In this document: in pieces, positions 39,528 through 49,179 of the stretch
Layout of the letters: each line of letters starts with the position of its first letter
Numbering within the stretch: the stretch's first letter is position 1
Notes under the pieces: model-generated
Databases searched by the model: none
What the model was told of the DNA's origin: nothing
Seen by the model: only the letters and a program-made list of their open reading frames with translations
Made by a program: the position numbers and the translations under genes
NCBI GenBank assembly: GCA_040905865.1
Contig: JBBDQU010000085.1
Location: 48,295 to 112,294, forward strand
DNA: 64,000 bases
DNA from: Alphaproteobacteria bacterium
GTDB taxonomy: Bacteria > Pseudomonadota > Alphaproteobacteria > UBA8366 > GCA-2717185
Direction of reading: 5' to 3'

Positions 39528-40031
39528 CTAGATCACCTCGTACAGCAGCCCCGCCAGGATTCCCGCCACCACCGGCAGGATCGCCGAGGCGGCGAGGCGG
39601 ATGGCGGTGAATCTTGTGCCCATCATCGGCAGCTCCCAGACGATGACGCGGAAGCTGGCATAGACCGACCAGCCGGTGATGAAGGCTATCAGCTGCGGCA
39701 GGCCGGCCCCGGTGTGATAGAGCGACAGCGCCAGCGGGAAGGAAAGGAACGGCCCGCTGGGCACCAGCCCGCCGGCCAGCGAGGCGATGACGATGCCGGT
39801 CAGCCCGGATTCCGGGCCGATCACCCCGGCGATGACCTGTTGCGGCACGATCTGCGCCAGCAGCATCGCCGCCAGCAGGGCGAAGGGTATGACGCGGATC
39901 ACCACCTTGCCGAGGTTGAGCGCGCCAATCAAACCCTCGCGCACGCCCCGCGGGCCCTGCTTGTACCAGGTCAGCAGGGCAAGGAACCCGACCGCGCCCC
40001 AGAGCACGAGGATGCTGGCGTCCAGGTTCAT
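39528..40031 (-). CDS. Half-size permease (predicted-permease/ArsP-like family), subunit B
   Basis: 167 aa with 4-5 TM. It is clearly paralogous to the upstream gene (e.g. ..GLVPSGPFLSFPLALSL..IAFITGWSVY..RVIVWELPMMG..). ATGA coupling at 40028-40031. Confidence 0.7.
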   Translation of the reverse strand: MNLDASILVLWGAVGFLALLTWYKQGPRGVREGLIGALNLGKVVIRVIPFALLAAMLLAQIVPQQVIAGVIGPESGLTGIVIASLAGGLVPSGPFLSFPLALSLYHTGAGLPQLIAFITGWSVYASFRVIVWELPMMGTRFTAIRLAASAILPVVAGILAGLLYEVI

Positions 40032-40612
40032 GCGGCGCCCCCCGGCTTCGCGGGCGGCGCATCGGGCTTGCGGTCGCCGATGAAATGGGTGATCAGCATG
40101 ATGGTCAGCCCGGCGATGATCGGCAGGGGAATCGACGCGATGTAGCGCACGGCGGCGAATTCGGCGCCCATGAAGGGCAGTTCCCACATGACGATGCGGT
40201 GGATGCCGAGCACCGCCCAGGCGGTGATGAAGGTGATGAGCGAGGTCAGCGACGCGCCCGAATTGCGCAGCACGAGAACCAGCGGGAAGGCCAGCATCGG
40301 GCCGCCGGGGGTCAGAGCGCCGACGCCGGTGGCGATCAGGATGCCGCGGAACCCGGCGCCGTCGCCGAGCCAGCGGGCGACCAGACTGCGCGGCACCAGC
40401 ACCTGGATGAAACCGCCGATCAGCAGCGCGGCGGACATGCGGGGGATCAGGTTGAGGATCTGGTCGACGTAATTGTCGAGCGAGGCTTCCACCGCCGCCG
40501 GACCGTCGAGCCACCAGCACAGCACGCCCATCGCCAGCGACACCGCAAGCCAGATGACAATACCCTTCCAGCCGCCGGGCCGCCGCACCTTGGCAGAGTC
40601 GGATTCGCTCAA
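40028..40612 (-). CDS. Half-size permease (predicted-permease/ArsP-like family), subunit A
   Basis: 194 aa with ..GALTPGGPMLAFPLVLVL..ITFITAWAVL..RIVMWELPFMG... TTG start as given by the ORF track, so the true start is uncertain. Confidence 0.65.
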   Translation of the reverse strand: MSESDSAKVRRPGGWKGIVIWLAVSLAMGVLCWWLDGPAAVEASLDNYVDQILNLIPRMSAALLIGGFIQVLVPRSLVARWLGDGAGFRGILIATGVGALTPGGPMLAFPLVLVLRNSGASLTSLITFITAWAVLGIHRIVMWELPFMGAEFAAVRYIASIPLPIIAGLTIMLITHFIGDRKPDAPPAKPGGAA

Positions 40613-40774
40613 CCGCTATTCTCCGAAAGACATGTGAACCGGATGCGCCGCCTTGCGGGTTGCGGCCCCTGCATGGCGCACCCGCCGCCCGGCAACCGGC
40701 GACAGAACATTTCATCGTCGTGAATGATCGGCGAGTTATACGCCGCTTTGCCGGCCCGGGACAATCCGTCCCGT

Positions 40775-40782
40775 GGGCTCAG
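40775..40782. repeat. Left copy of 8-bp direct flank GGGCTCAG (putative target-site duplication)
   Basis: It is identical to the octamer that immediately follows the right TIR at 40978-40985. Confidence 0.55.
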
Positions 40783-40977
40783 GCAGGGCAATCGGGTGAA
40801 CCCGATTGCCCTTTCATTTTCCTTCCCTCAAGCGCCGGGCGGGTGCTCCGCACCCTTGGCTTACGGTGCACGAGCACCGACGGCCGCTTGGCCTTGCCAT
40901 TTTCGCTTCGCAAAAATGGAAACTGCCCTCCAAGCCGGCCGGATCGGGAAATATTTTCCTTCACCCGATTGCCCTGC
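40783..40977. mobile_element. MITE-like non-autonomous element (195 bp)
   Basis: It has perfect 18-bp terminal inverted repeats, GCAGGGCAATCGGGTGAA (40783-40800) and TTCACCCGATTGCCCTGC (40960-40977). The interior has no ORF and several hairpins, including a 12-bp perfect hairpin AGGGCAATCGGG-TGAA-CCCGATTGCCCT at 40784-40811. Confidence 0.6.
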
Positions 40978-40985
40978 GGGCTCAG
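40978..40985. repeat. Right copy of 8-bp direct flank GGGCTCAG (putative target-site duplication)
   Basis: It is identical to 40775-40782 and directly abuts the TIR. Confidence 0.55.
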
Positions 40986-41007
40986 GCAGGTTTTCGGATT
41001 TTCCTGG

Positions 41008-41059
41008 ACAAAACACGAACGGAAAACGCCGCCGCGCCGTCATGACCGGCGCGGCGGTG
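41008..41059 (-). terminator. Intrinsic terminator downstream of the 41085-42155 gene
   Basis: On the minus strand an 11-13 bp GC stem (41047-41059 pairing with 41027-41039, loop GTCATGA) is followed by TTTTCCGTTCGTGTTTT. Confidence 0.65.
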
Positions 41060-41084
41060 GCTTATTATTCCGTATTCGTAACGG

Positions 41085-42155
41085 TCACGCGGCCTTCGTG
41101 CGGTTACGCGCCAGCCAGCTTTCCACCAGGCCGACGGTTTCATCGACCGTATCCAGGCTCATGCCCTTCTGCAGCGCGATCGTGCGCACCAGACAGTCGG
41201 CGCGCTCGATATTCGGCGCGCCGGCCGCCAGCGCCCGCGCGGCGGAGGACGGCTTCGCCAGCCCGTTGGCCGCGTTGGCGTATTTTTCGAACGGCACCTG
41301 GTCGGCCACATCGGCGCCCATCGCCGCGACGACCGACGTCACCCAGTTGTAGACCTCGCGGGACTTGTCCAGGTCGCTGTGCACGGCCTCGCGGATCGCG
41401 CGCATGTCGTTTTCCTGGACGCAGCGGTAATTGCCGGTCAGCAGCATGCTCCATTTCGCAAGCGGAACGAACACCGAATCATACACCTTCAGCTTCACCG
41501 GCAGTTCGATTTCGCCGTCGCCGGGATCGTAGCGGATGGCTTCGATATCCGCCTGCAACTGGCGCAGAATCGCGGTATGGGCGTCGGATTCGAAACGCGC
41601 GGCCTTGAAGTTGGTCGGCAGGCTGACCTGCAGCACGTTGGTCGGTTCGTCCGGCGGGCGGAAGGCCTGCGGGTCGGGGCTGCACAGGGTGATCGTTCTG
41701 GGATCGAAACTGTCCCAGACGGTCGGGTCGGTGTAGCACGGCTTCAGGCTGTCCGCGTCCAGCCCCGGAATGCGCGCCATGTAGGGCAGCGGCGGCATGT
41801 TCATGATCGACATGCAGGGCACGCCGGATTTCGCCACCCGGTCCAGCAATTCGCGCACGCCGGGCGAGCGGTATTGCGGTTCCTGCATGGCCAGCGCGAT
41901 CAGGTCGTAATCCTTCGGGTCCACGTCTTCCGGTCCGGCGGCGGACAGCATCCCCGGCAGGTTGCGCGAGTCGATTTCGACCAGCCCGTCGCGGCCGCGC
42001 ACCGGCATGCGCACGCGCTGCCCGTCATTGTTGATCAGCGTCGCCTCGTCCGGCAGGCAGACCATCTTCGCCGAATGTCCGGCCAACAGCATCTTGATCG
42101 CCAGCAGCGAACCGTAGGATGCACCCAGAATCAACGTATTGTATTTCTTGCTCAT
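41085..42155 (-). CDS. Putative NAD(P)-binding oxidoreductase (ketopantoate-reductase/ApbA-like fold)
   Basis: The N-terminal TLILGASYGSLLAIKMLLAGH resembles a Rossmann GxxxG-type loop. GGGAG lies 7 nt upstream of ATG 42155. The family call is tentative. Confidence 0.45.
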   Translation of the reverse strand: MSKKYNTLILGASYGSLLAIKMLLAGHSAKMVCLPDEATLINNDGQRVRMPVRGRDGLVEIDSRNLPGMLSAAGPEDVDPKDYDLIALAMQEPQYRSPGVRELLDRVAKSGVPCMSIMNMPPLPYMARIPGLDADSLKPCYTDPTVWDSFDPRTITLCSPDPQAFRPPDEPTNVLQVSLPTNFKAARFESDAHTAILRQLQADIEAIRYDPGDGEIELPVKLKVYDSVFVPLAKWSMLLTGNYRCVQENDMRAIREAVHSDLDKSREVYNWVTSVVAAMGADVADQVPFEKYANAANGLAKPSSAARALAAGAPNIERADCLVRTIALQKGMSLDTVDETVGLVESWLARNRTKAA

Positions 42156-42279
42156 CGGATCTCCCAACCCTGTTCAACGTTCGGTGGCTTTTTTGGCTTT
42201 CCCGCGGTTCACGCCCTAAACATTACCGGAAATGTGCCGCCTCCGCGATGTGGGGTCAAGTGCGCGCCCGGACCGCGCG

Positions 42280-42672
42280 CTATTCCTGCAACGGCGCCAG
42301 CGGATCGACATCCGCAAGCCGGGCCTCGTCCGCCGCCGTGCCCTTGCCCGCCTGGACCGCAACATGGGCGCGCGAGCGCTGCATGCGGTCGTTCATCAGC
42401 CGCATCATCACCATCCGAAGCTTGGTTTTCTGTGCATCCAGCGCGGAATCATCGGCCGCGTTCCCGAACAGCTCATCGGCGACCTTGTGGTAGGCGGCGC
42501 GGATTTCGGAATCGTTCCTGCGCGAAAACAGCGCCTCGATAATCACGCCGAAACAGGCCTTGAGCTGCGCCGACGTCGTCGATTGTTCGATCTGCGCGAT
42601 CAGCCCGGTTCCGGGCGCCTGGAAGACAGTCATCCAGTCAACGGTCCCATCGGGAAGAGCCGGCCAGTCCAT
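42280..42672 (-). CDS. Hypothetical protein (130 aa)
   Basis: A strong GGAGGTGA RBS precedes the ATG. Helical composition, no recognised motif. Confidence 0.5.
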   Translation of the reverse strand: MDWPALPDGTVDWMTVFQAPGTGLIAQIEQSTTSAQLKACFGVIIEALFSRRNDSEIRAAYHKVADELFGNAADDSALDAQKTKLRMVMMRLMNDRMQRSRAHVAVQAGKGTAADEARLADVDPLAPLQE

Positions 42673-42814
42673 CCTGTCTCACCTCCGAAACGCGGCATTG
42701 CCGCGCGCACCCGACCGGCCCGTCATGGACAACCGCGAATCATGTATTAAACCAGGCACCCTCTATAGTAATCGCTACAATATTACCGTTCGGTTAACAG
42801 CATGCGGCGGCGCG

Positions 42815-43732
42815 TCAGGCGCCGACGATCGCCTCGCCCCTGACCAGCGTGCGGTGCAGGACGCGCGGCTGGGTGTGGTCGGCGGGGGTCCGGCTGTGCA
42901 GGGTGCAGCGGTTATCCCACAGCAGCGCCTCGCCCGGCGCCCAGGAATGTCCCCAGGTCAGTTCCGGACGGGTCGCATGAGCCCATAACGTATCGAGCAA
43001 TGCGTCGCTTTCCGCTTCCGGCAGTTCGACGATATAGCTGGACGGGGCGGCGTAGCGGCGACCCAGATACAGCGCCTTGCGGCCGGACAGCGGGTGAACC
43101 CGGACCAGCGGATGCACCGGTCCCTCGACCTCGTCGCGCGTCGCGGGCAGCCTGCGGGTCGGCCGGGCGCCGCCGGCGGTGTTGCGGCTGTTGTCGTGGC
43201 GGACATGCAGGCCCGCGATCCGGGCCTTCAGCGCATCGGACAGCGAATCATAGGCCATGTACTGATTGGCGAACAGGGTTTCGCCACCGCCATCCACCGG
43301 CACCTGCAGCGAATACAGCAGGCTGCCGCTGGGCGGGTTTTCGACATAGGAATTGTCGGTATGCCAGAACAGCCGCTGGCTGCCCGATGCGTGTTCGGCC
43401 TTCAGGAAGGGTTTGCCGTCCTCGTCCAGGTTGGAGATATAGGAAATGCCCGGCAGTTTCGAGACGCGGGCGGAGCCTTCCTTGTATCCGGCGTCGACGA
43501 AATACTGCCGCGACCCGGTGGCCTGCGCGCCGCCCAGCGCCTCGGCGATGCGCAGCAGATCCGTATCCTCCAGCTTCTGGTGGCGGAACAGCAGCACCAG
43601 GTTGTCGCGCCAGGCCGCCTTGAGGAACGCCACCGTGTCGCCGTCCAGCGGCCCGGAAAGATCGATACCGGTCACTTCGGCGCCGAGCGCCTTGCCGGAG
43701 GGGATTACGTCGCGCGCCATCACGGTGGTCAT
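42815..43732 (-). CDS. TauD/TfdA-family Fe(II)/2-oxoglutarate dioxygenase
   Basis: ..GAEVTGIDLS.., the HxD in LFWHTDNSY, and the C-terminal ..WDNRCTLHSR.. typical of TauD-like enzymes. Start at ATG 43732. Confidence 0.85.
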   Translation of the reverse strand: MTTVMARDVIPSGKALGAEVTGIDLSGPLDGDTVAFLKAAWRDNLVLLFRHQKLEDTDLLRIAEALGGAQATGSRQYFVDAGYKEGSARVSKLPGISYISNLDEDGKPFLKAEHASGSQRLFWHTDNSYVENPPSGSLLYSLQVPVDGGGETLFANQYMAYDSLSDALKARIAGLHVRHDNSRNTAGGARPTRRLPATRDEVEGPVHPLVRVHPLSGRKALYLGRRYAAPSSYIVELPEAESDALLDTLWAHATRPELTWGHSWAPGEALLWDNRCTLHSRTPADHTQPRVLHRTLVRGEAIVGA

Positions 43733-43844
43733 TGGCTGTTTTCTCCCTGGGAAACGTCTCGCCTTCACCCAGCTTAACCCCGGCCGGATCGCGATGTAAA
43801 CGCGGGCCCGTTCGACCTTATCGACCGTTGGGCCCGTTCACGGG

Positions 43845-43876
43845 TTCAAATGGAACCTGTCACGGTTCCATTTGAA
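43845..43876. promoter_or_regulatory. Perfect 13-bp inverted repeat (putative operator) in the divergent tauD-like/amidase promoter region
   Basis: TTCAAATGGAACC - TGTCAC - GGTTCCATTTGAA, located 57 nt upstream of the amidase ATG. Confidence 0.5.
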
Positions 43877-43932
43877 TACGATGTGCTCTACGAAGTAACC
43901 GCACCTGTCCGTGAAATCACTGCGACCCCAAC

Positions 43933-45339
43933 ATGGCGAACGACGATCTCTGCTACACCCCCGCAACGGTAATTGCGGCCCTGATCCGTGACAGGACGGT
44001 ATCCCCTGTCGAAGTCATCGACGCGATCGTGTCGCGGATCGAACGGGTCAATCCGGAAATCAACGCGTTCAGCGATACGGATTTCGATCGCGCCCGCGAT
44101 ACGGCGAAGGCGGCGGAAGCCGCCATCATGCGACATGCCGCCCCTGGGCCGCTGCACGGCGTGCCGGTAACGATCAAGGACCTGGCCCCGGCGGAAGGGC
44201 TGAAATTCCGCGCCGGGTCGCACATCTTCGCCGACCGCACCGCCGCCCAGGATGCGCCCATGGTCGCGCGCCTGAAAGCGGCCGGCGCCATCGTCATGGG
44301 CAAGACGACGACGCCGGAATTCGGCTGGAAGGCAATTGGGCAAAGCCCGCTGACCGGAGAAACCCGCAACCCCTGGAACCGGGACCATACTTCCGGCGGG
44401 TCCAGCGCCGGCGCATCGGCGTCGGCGGCGACCGGGATGGGTCCGCTGCATCAGGGCGGCGACGGCGCCGGGTCGGTCCGGGTGCCCGCCAGCTTCTGCG
44501 GCGTGTTCGGCATGAAGCCGAGTTTCGGGCGGGTTCCCGCCGTGCCCCAGGCGAACAGCGACAGCACCGCGTCATCGGGTCCGATCACCCGCACGGTCGC
44601 CGATGCGGCGCTGATGCTCTCGGTCATGGCCGGGCCGCATCCGCTGGACAACACCTCGCTGGAGGGCGCGCCGGAGGATTATCCCGGACGGCTGCGGGAC
44701 GGCGTGGCCGGCCTGCGTATCGGCTGGAGCCCGGATCTCGGCGGATTGCGGGTCGATCCGGAAATCGCAGCGCTGTGCGCCGCGGCGGCGCGGCGCTTCG
44801 CCGGGCTGGGCGCCCTGCTGGAGGAACCGGTCCTCGACTGGCCCGACACCGCCGAAACCATCCGGGTCATGTGGAGCGCCCATGAAGGCGGCAATTACGG
44901 CAGCCGCCTGCCGCAATGGCGCGACAGGATGGACCCGGGGCTGGTCGCCTGCATCGAACAGGGGCTCGCCTGCACGTCCGCCGAATACATCCGGCACCGC
45001 AAGCAGAAAATGGTGTTCAGCAGCGCCGTCGCCCGTTTCTTCACCACCTATGACCTGCTGCTGACGCCGACGGTTTCCGTGGCGGCGCTGCCGGTCGGAC
45101 GGCTGAACCCGGAAGGCTGGCCGCAGCATGACTGGGACTGGTTCCCCTGGGCCGGGTTTTCCTACCCGTTCAATTTTTCCGGCAGCCCGGCGGCAACCAT
45201 TCCGGTCGGCTTCACCGCGGCGGGGCTGCCGGTCGGGTTGCAGATCGTCGGCCGGCGCTTTGCGGACCTGACCGTCCTGCAGGCCGCCGCCGCCTATGAG
45301 GCGGCGCATCCCTGGGCGGACGCGAAACCGGATATATAA
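43933..45339 (+). CDS. Amidase (amidase-signature family, GatA-like)
   Basis: Amidase-signature stretch ..GGSSAGASASAATG.. preceded by ..GKTTTPEFG... Confidence 0.88.
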   Translation: MANDDLCYTPATVIAALIRDRTVSPVEVIDAIVSRIERVNPEINAFSDTDFDRARDTAKAAEAAIMRHAAPGPLHGVPVTIKDLAPAEGLKFRAGSHIFADRTAAQDAPMVARLKAAGAIVMGKTTTPEFGWKAIGQSPLTGETRNPWNRDHTSGGSSAGASASAATGMGPLHQGGDGAGSVRVPASFCGVFGMKPSFGRVPAVPQANSDSTASSGPITRTVADAALMLSVMAGPHPLDNTSLEGAPEDYPGRLRDGVAGLRIGWSPDLGGLRVDPEIAALCAAAARRFAGLGALLEEPVLDWPDTAETIRVMWSAHEGGNYGSRLPQWRDRMDPGLVACIEQGLACTSAEYIRHRKQKMVFSSAVARFFTTYDLLLTPTVSVAALPVGRLNPEGWPQHDWDWFPWAGFSYPFNFSGSPAATIPVGFTAAGLPVGLQIVGRRFADLTVLQAAAAYEAAHPWADAKPDI

Positions 45340-45344
45340 GGAAG

Positions 45345-45728
45345 TCAGGCGGCGAAGCTGGAGCGGAGCTGCGCGGCCCACCGGCCATCGAGCCGGGCAA
45401 TGACCCAGAGCGACCGGAACTGCCCCAGCGCCGTACCGTCGGCCCGGTAGCGGGTAAAGCGGACATCGAGATGGACCTTGTCCGGGCCCGCCGCGATACG
45501 GTCCAGCGAATCCCAGGCAGTGTGGTCCCAGCCGTCGCCGGCGCGGGCCAAAAAGTCGGCGAAATAATCGTCGGGCGTTTCCCAGACCTGCATCCGCCCG
45601 CCGCTCAGCCGGTAATGCGGGAAATGCAGCGTCGCGGCAACGGCCGACTCGTCGCGGGCGTTCAGCCCCGCGAGATGCGCATCCATGACGGCCAGCGCGG
45701 CCTCGTAACTGTTGTCGGATTCGGCCAT
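45345..45728 (-). CDS. NTF2/SnoaL-like small protein
   Basis: 127 aa. The pattern ..HFPHYRLSGGRM.., ..W..T.W.., ..VIARLDGRWAAQLRSS resembles the NTF2-like fold. The gene starts 2 nt after the dnaJ stop. Confidence 0.5.
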   Translation of the reverse strand: MAESDNSYEAALAVMDAHLAGLNARDESAVAATLHFPHYRLSGGRMQVWETPDDYFADFLARAGDGWDHTAWDSLDRIAAGPDKVHLDVRFTRYRADGTALGQFRSLWVIARLDGRWAAQLRSSFAA

Positions 45729-45729
45729 C

Positions 45730-46851
45730 TCAATCCTTCAGGTCCTCCCAGAATTCCTTGACCTTGGTGAAGAAGCCCTCCGATTCCGGACTCACCGAAC
45801 GGCCGCCGCCGGCCTTTTCGAATTCCTGCAGCAGCTCGCGCTGCTTGCGCGACAGGTTCACGGGGGTTTCGATCCGCGCTTCGACATACATGTCGCCGCG
45901 CTGCCGGGAATTGAGGATGCTCATCCCCTTGCTCCGCAGCCGGAACTGCTGACCGCTCTGCGTGCCCGGCGGCACGGTCACCTTGGCCTTGCCGCCGTCG
46001 ATGGTCGGGACCTCGACATTCCCGCCCAGCGCCGCGGAGGTCATCGACATCGGCACCTTGCAGAAGATATCGGCGTCTTCGCGCTGGAACAGGCGGTGCG
46101 GCAGAATCGACAGGAATATGTACAGGTCGCCCGGCGGGGCGCCGTTCATGCCGGCCTCGCCTTCGCCGGACAGGCGGATCCGCGTGCCTTCCTCGACACC
46201 CGGCGGAATCTTGACCGCCAGGGTCCTTTCCTTGTGCGTGCGGCCCGTGCCGTTGCAGGCCGGACAGGGTTTGTCGATCACCCGTCCCGCACCGTGACAA
46301 CCGGGGCAGGTCCGTTCCACCGTGAAGAATCCCTGCTGCGAGCGCATCTTGCCGGCGCCCCGGCAGGTCGGGCAGGTCACGGGCTGGGCGCCGCCCTCGG
46401 CGCCGCTGCCATCGCAGGTGTCGCAGGTGACCGATGTCGGCACCCGGATATCGGCCGATTTGCCGTGAAACGCCTCTTCCAGCGATATTTCGAGATTGTA
46501 GCGCAGGTCCGAACCGCGCCGGTTCGCGCCGCCGCGCTGGCCGCCCATCGCGCCGAACATCTCGTCGAAGATATCGGCGAAGCCGCCGGAAAACCCGAAC
46601 CCGCCGCCCGGATGGCCGCCATTGCCGTTTTCAAAGGCGGCTTCGCCATACCGGTCATAGGCGGCGCGCTTCTGGTCATCCTTCAGGACCTCGTAGGCGC
46701 GGTTGATTTCCTTGAATTTCTGTTCCGCCCGTTCGTCACCGGGATTACGGTCCGGGTGATACTGCATGGCCGCCTTGCGGAACGCCTTTTTCAGCTCAGC
46801 CTGGCTGGCGCCGCGCTCCACGCCAAGGGTCTCGTAATAATCTACAGCCAT
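45730..46851 (-). CDS. dnaJ: Chaperone DnaJ
   Basis: J-domain with HPD (YHPDRNPGD), a G/F region and four CxxCxGxG zinc-finger repeats. Confidence 0.97.
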   Translation of the reverse strand: MAVDYYETLGVERGASQAELKKAFRKAAMQYHPDRNPGDERAEQKFKEINRAYEVLKDDQKRAAYDRYGEAAFENGNGGHPGGGFGFSGGFADIFDEMFGAMGGQRGGANRRGSDLRYNLEISLEEAFHGKSADIRVPTSVTCDTCDGSGAEGGAQPVTCPTCRGAGKMRSQQGFFTVERTCPGCHGAGRVIDKPCPACNGTGRTHKERTLAVKIPPGVEEGTRIRLSGEGEAGMNGAPPGDLYIFLSILPHRLFQREDADIFCKVPMSMTSAALGGNVEVPTIDGGKAKVTVPPGTQSGQQFRLRSKGMSILNSRQRGDMYVEARIETPVNLSRKQRELLQEFEKAGGGRSVSPESEGFFTKVKEFWEDLKD

Positions 46852-47060
46852 ATTCCCACCCTAGAGCACGTCCGGGTTACATGGAACCGCAGCAGGTTGC
46901 GGGTATCCCGGTGCAGGCGCTCTGTTTTCCATTGGACCGATCCGGTTCACGTGGCGGCTGGACCCGGCGACCGGGCCGGAATTCCTGATACGGAATGATG
47001 TCATATCCCTATATCGCGTCAACGCTGCCCCCGGACATAAACGGGCCTCGACAGGCCGAA

Positions 47061-47085
47061 GCCGGCGGAATGTTCGTCCGCCGGC
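47061..47085 (-). terminator. Stem-loop in the dnaK-dnaJ spacer (possible partial terminator/attenuator)
   Basis: On the minus strand, GCCGGCGGA-CGAACAT-TCCGCCGGC is followed by TTCGG. The U-tail is weak. Confidence 0.3.
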
Positions 47086-47151
47086 GTCCTGTTGCCGTTT
47101 CGACCGTTCTCCCCGTTTCCCCGAAGCACGACAGAACCGGATCAGCCGAGC

Positions 47152-49074
47152 CTATGCCGACTTGTTCTTATCGTCGTCGACTTCCTCGAAATCGGCGTCG
47201 ACCACATTCTCGTCGGCTGCCTTGCCGTCCGTCGCGTCGCCCATATCCGGCCCCGCCGCTTCGTCCTGGCTGGCCTTGTAGATGGCTTCACCCAGCTTCA
47301 TCGACGACTGCGACAGCGTCTCGGTCTTGGCCTTGATATCGGCGGCGTCGTCGCCTTCCAGCGCGGTCTTGAGCGCCGCGACATCGGTTTCGATCTGCGT
47401 CTTGTCGCCGGCCGGAATCTTGTCGCCATGTTCGGCAAGACTCTTTTCCGTCTGGTAGACGAGGCTGTCGGCGACATTGCGGACTTCAACCAACTCGCGC
47501 CGCTTCTTGTCCTCGGCGGAATGCACTTCCGCATCCTTCACCATCTTTTCGATGTCCTCGTCGGACAACCCGCCGGAGGCCTGGATGCGGATCTGCTGTT
47601 CCTTGCCGGTGCCCTTGTCCTTGGCGGAGACATTGACGATGCCGTTGGCGTCGATATCGAAGGTCACGTCGATCTGCGGCATGCCGCGCGGGGCCGAGGG
47701 AATGCCGACCAGGTCGAACTGGCCCAGCACCTTGTTGTCCGCCGCCATTTCGCGTTCGCCCTGGAACACCCGGATCGTGACCGCGGTCTGGTTGTCCTCG
47801 GCCGTGGAGAAGACCTGGCTTTTCTTGGTCGGGATCGTCGTATTGCGGTCGATCAGCCGGGTGAACACGCCGCCCAGGGTTTCGATGCCCAGCGACAGCG
47901 GCGTCACGTCCAGCAACAGTACGTCCTTGACGTCGCCCTGCAGCACGCCGGCCTGGATGGCCGCGCCGATCGCCACGACTTCATCCGGGTTGACGCCGCG
48001 ATGCGGTTCGCGCCCGAAGATGGATTTGACCGTTTCGAATATCTTCGGCATGCGGGTCATGCCGCCGACGAGGATCACCTCGTTGATCTCGCTCGCCTTC
48101 AGCCCCGCATCCTTCAGCGCCTTCTGGCACGGACCCTTGGTCCGGGTCACCAGGTCGTCGACCAGCGCTTCAAGCTTGGCCCGGGTCAGCTTCATGTTCA
48201 GGTGCTTCGGCCCGGACTGGTCGGCGGTGATGAAGGGCAGGTTGATTTCCGCCGTCATCGAGCTGGACAGTTCGATCTTCGCCTTTTCGGATTCTTCCTT
48301 CAGCCGCTGCAGGGCAAGCGGATCGCCGCGCAGGTCAATGCCCTGTTCGCGTTTGAATTCGTCGCACAGGTACTGGATGATCCGCTGGTCGAAATCCTCG
48401 CCGCCGAGGAAGGTGTCGCCATTGGTCGACTTCACCTCGAAGACGCCATCGCCGATTTCCAGAATGGAAACGTCGAACGTGCCGCCGCCAAGGTCGTAAA
48501 CCGCGATCGTGCCGGTCGACTTCTTGTCGAGGCCATAGGCCAGCGCCGCCGCCGTCGGTTCGTTGATGATACGCAGGATTTCAAGGCCCGCGATCTTGCC
48601 GGCATCCTTCGTCGCCTGGCGCTGCGAGTCGTTGAAATAGGCGGGAACCGTCACGACCGCCTGCGTCACGGTTTCACCCAGATAGGATTCCGCCGTCTGC
48701 TTCATGTGCTGCAGGATGAAACCGCTGATCTGGCTCGGCGCGTAGGTCTTGCCGTCCTTGCCTTCGACCCATGCATCGCCGTTGTCGCCGGCGATAATCT
48801 TGTACGGGACGTGGCCCTTGTCCTTTTCGACCTCCGCATCGGTGGCGCGGCGGCCGATCAGGCGCTTGATGGATGCGAACGTATTTCCGGGATTGGTCAC
48901 CGCCTGACGCTTGGCCGAATGGCCGACCAGCCGTTCCCCGCTATCCGTGAATGCGACCATGGAGGGCGTCGTGCGATACCCTTCGGCGCTTTCGATAACC
49001 TTGGCGGAAGAACCTTCCATGACGGCGACGCAGGAATTTGTCGTTCCCAGGTCAATGCCGATGACTTTACTCAT
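47152..49074 (-). CDS. dnaK: Chaperone DnaK (Hsp70)
   Basis: [18 protein letters not shown]..., [10 protein letters not shown], 640 aa collinear with Hsp70. Start at ATG 49074. Confidence 0.98.
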   Translation of the reverse strand: MSKVIGIDLGTTNSCVAVMEGSSAKVIESAEGYRTTPSMVAFTDSGERLVGHSAKRQAVTNPGNTFASIKRLIGRRATDAEVEKDKGHVPYKIIAGDNGDAWVEGKDGKTYAPSQISGFILQHMKQTAESYLGETVTQAVVTVPAYFNDSQRQATKDAGKIAGLEILRIINEPTAAALAYGLDKKSTGTIAVYDLGGGTFDVSILEIGDGVFEVKSTNGDTFLGGEDFDQRIIQYLCDEFKREQGIDLRGDPLALQRLKEESEKAKIELSSSMTAEINLPFITADQSGPKHLNMKLTRAKLEALVDDLVTRTKGPCQKALKDAGLKASEINEVILVGGMTRMPKIFETVKSIFGREPHRGVNPDEVVAIGAAIQAGVLQGDVKDVLLLDVTPLSLGIETLGGVFTRLIDRNTTIPTKKSQVFSTAEDNQTAVTIRVFQGEREMAADNKVLGQFDLVGIPSAPRGMPQIDVTFDIDANGIVNVSAKDKGTGKEQQIRIQASGGLSDEDIEKMVKDAEVHSAEDKKRRELVEVRNVADSLVYQTEKSLAEHGDKIPAGDKTQIETDVAALKTALEGDDAADIKAKTETLSQSSMKLGEAIYKASQDEAAGPDMGDATDGKAADENVVDADFEEVDDDKNKSA

Positions 49075-49179
49075 ACCGAATACCCTCTTTTCTTGCGGCA
49101 ACCCGTGCCGACCCGCATTGCGGCGCCTGGCGGGGCCCCTGAATGTTAAGGATCACAGAAACGTTGTGGACTGACGGTC

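Noticed and set aside
40613-41084. I considered a possible riboswitch (cobalamin or other) in the 470-nt leader of the permease operon because of its many hairpins.
   Set aside because: Reading the minus-strand RNA, I found no B12 box (GCCACTG-type) or other riboswitch core that I recognise. The TIR plus 8-bp direct-flank geometry explains the structure better as a MITE-like insertion. A covariance-model scan (Rfam/Infernal) would be decisive.
42690-42704. The palindrome CGCGGCATTGCCGCG, followed on the minus strand by TTTCGG, could be a terminator between the TauD-like gene and the 130-aa gene.
   Set aside because: The effective stem is only 6 bp with a 3-nt loop and a poor U-tail, and it sits immediately before a strong RBS. 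The evidence is too weak to call.
47007-47014. A second CCCTATAT motif lies in the dnaK-dnaJ spacer and resembles a sigma-32 -10 element.
   Set aside because: It is on the + strand while dnaJ is on the minus strand. There is no CTTG at the right spacing, and there is no + strand gene downstream.
47092-49149. A 685-aa ORF on the + strand is fully antisense to dnaK.
   Set aside because: Long stop-free antisense frames are expected opposite highly expressed genes in high-GC genomes. The product is low-complexity (R/G/A/D/L-rich) with no motif, while the minus-strand frame is an unmistakable Hsp70.
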